Source of the DNA: Haliotis rubra
Taxonomy: Eukaryota
Assembly: GCF_003918875.1 (NCBI RefSeq)
Contig: NW_025765066.1
Coordinates: forward strand, 62,001 to 126,000
Direction: 5' to 3'
DNA length: 64,000 bases
The position numbers were made by a program, and so were the translations under genes. The notes under the pieces were generated by a model. That model worked only from the letters and a program-made list of their open reading frames with translations. It had not been told where the DNA came from and made no database searches. The first letter of the stretch is position 1, and every line of letters starts with the position of its first letter. Below are positions 62,548 to 64,000 of this stretch, in pieces.

Positions 62548-63618
62548 CTAATGACACTGTCCATTAAAGAAGGTATGAGAGTTAAAGTGTTGTTGAAGCA
62601 GCTGATCCTTCAATGAATCTGGGAGGTTCCTCACAGAATGTAAACGCTGAGACCGATCCACTGCAGTCAAATGTCCTAAAGTGTTAACTTGGGCATACGT
62701 AAAATCACTGACCCCCTGGTACACCACATCAAGGAAAGAGTGTGCTAAGGCAACTTCGTGAGCAGACATCGCCACTAAGGTATCCTTCTTTACCCCCGAG
62801 TAATCTTGAAAAACAGGTGGAAGCAGGGCCCTAACAGCAGCCGCAAACCAATTCACATATGATAATATGTCCACAGAAGCTCTAGCTGACATATCTAAAT
62901 AACGCACATCTCTGCTAGATAAGTGAACGAATTGTTCCTTAGGAGCCCTAGGATCCAGTTGAGAATAATCAGCATCCAGCTCAGGTGGAGCAGAGGGTAA
63001 TAACCTGTCATGAATACTGTATCTCAGTTTGTGAGAAACCTTAGGCAAACCAAATACATTCTTGACTTTGGCAAGTTGTGAGTTATAAGTTTGTAAAGCT
63101 GATTTAACTACGGACGAGTGTGGTAGTGAAAGTCTGGAGACACGTTCAAGTGGAAGACATCCCGATGTCTCCAGTACCGCGGGAATTTCCATCGCCGGTT
63201 GATCAGATGGAAGAGGCAACATAGACGGATGAAGTTCATGAATAAATTCAATCTTATCTCTAAGGGACGATCCTGGTACGTAATCATCAGCCTCGGTATC
63301 CATGGAAGGAACTGTCACTAAACCGTCTCTCATAACAATGGCTGCTTGTGAAACGGGGTAAACACTAGATCCGTGCTGATCAGAAAAGTCCGGGACTAAC
63401 GGAATAATATGAGGGTTGTCAATATCCAGTGATCCAAACTCCCAAGCCGCCTGATCAAACGTGCCGCCCGTGGCTAGGGTAGACGACCGTTGAACTTCAG
63501 CCGAGCTGCACGAGCCACCCAAGCCAGCCGTGCTGACCCTAACTTGACCCCGGTCTGACCCTGTGACAGCTATGTGATCAAAGTCATCCGTAACGAGCCC
63601 ACCCGGCCCGTGCTGCAT
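62548..63618 (-). CDS. DIRS gag-like ORF1 segment
   Basis: 356-aa open frame upstream of the DIRS RT on the same strand; assigned by position. Confidence 0.55.
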   Translation of the reverse strand: MQHGPGGLVTDDFDHIAVTGSDRGQVRVSTAGLGGSCSSAEVQRSSTLATGGTFDQAAWEFGSLDIDNPHIIPLVPDFSDQHGSSVYPVSQAAIVMRDGLVTVPSMDTEADDYVPGSSLRDKIEFIHELHPSMLPLPSDQPAMEIPAVLETSGCLPLERVSRLSLPHSSVVKSALQTYNSQLAKVKNVFGLPKVSHKLRYSIHDRLLPSAPPELDADYSQLDPRAPKEQFVHLSSRDVRYLDMSARASVDILSYVNWFAAAVRALLPPVFQDYSGVKKDTLVAMSAHEVALAHSFLDVVYQGVSDFTYAQVNTLGHLTAVDRSQRLHSVRNLPDSLKDQLLQQHFNSHTFFNGQCH

Positions 63619-64000
63619 GCTTGCGTCTGTGCTCTTATTACGTAATTAGCTGACAGGCACAAGTATTTAGGAATCTGCCACCACCGGCTGAAAACCCGAG
63701 ACAGGCAGTCTACCGTCGGCACCTGCCATGGATTTATCCTGCTGTCTGCCGACACAGTCGGTTGTCCCTGCCCCGCTCGAATGCTACTGCCTCACCCCCG
63801 GGGGTCGGCGTTCAGTTTCAGACGGCAGGAGATGACCAACTTTCTGGGACAGAGCTCCTGACCCGCCTATGGGTACTGATCCTAGACTGGCCCTGGCCGG
63901 CCTCTTCCGGGTCTGATCGACATAAGGTGGATTGGGACTCAAATTGCTTCTGCAGATTGGAAAACTTGAGATCATTGCCAGACTCAAGCTCATTTAAGGA

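Larger units (their letters stand above)
58558..64000 (-). mobile_element. Second DIRS1-like retrotransposon, running off the window end
   Basis: gag-like ORF 62548-63618; RT DLKDAYLHIPI..LPFGISLAP..YLDD; RNase H HINVLEM..ATDN; methyltransferase-like NLFAS..NSKLP; YR start PKWDL; 41-bp inverted pair 58558-58598 / 58818-58858 consistent with the ITR end and ICR. Confidence 0.88.

Overview
Eukaryotic (animal) genomic DNA, most likely a marine mollusc; an abalone-like gastropod is my inference from the SINE and ankyrin style, not something I can prove. There are no prokaryotic features. Bases 1-17 kb are dominated by minisatellites (two 34-bp arrays and a 26-bp C-rich array). The rest is a dense nest of mobile DNA: four Tc1-type transposons, a MULE derivative, a very young GalEa-type Copia LTR element, an APE/RT LINE carrying a 2A-like motif, two DIRS elements, L2, R4-like and Penelope remnants, and many SINEs. 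The only clear host coding sequence is on the minus strand. It is a tandemly duplicated gene tail made of three phase-1 micro-exons plus a large ankyrin-repeat exon; one copy is intact and one is broken. The most notable observations are: (1) the Copia element has its ~3-kb PR-IN-RT core inverted between 55-bp inverted repeats, and flipping it back gives gag-UAG-pol in one frame; (2) Penelope-derived fold-back mini-elements carry minimal hammerhead ribozymes with a compensatory U3-A8 core and covarying stem II; (3) the duplicated micro-exon/ankyrin module looks like a pair of alternative C-terminal cassettes. Coordinates were read by eye, and boundaries of degenerate elements are approximate.
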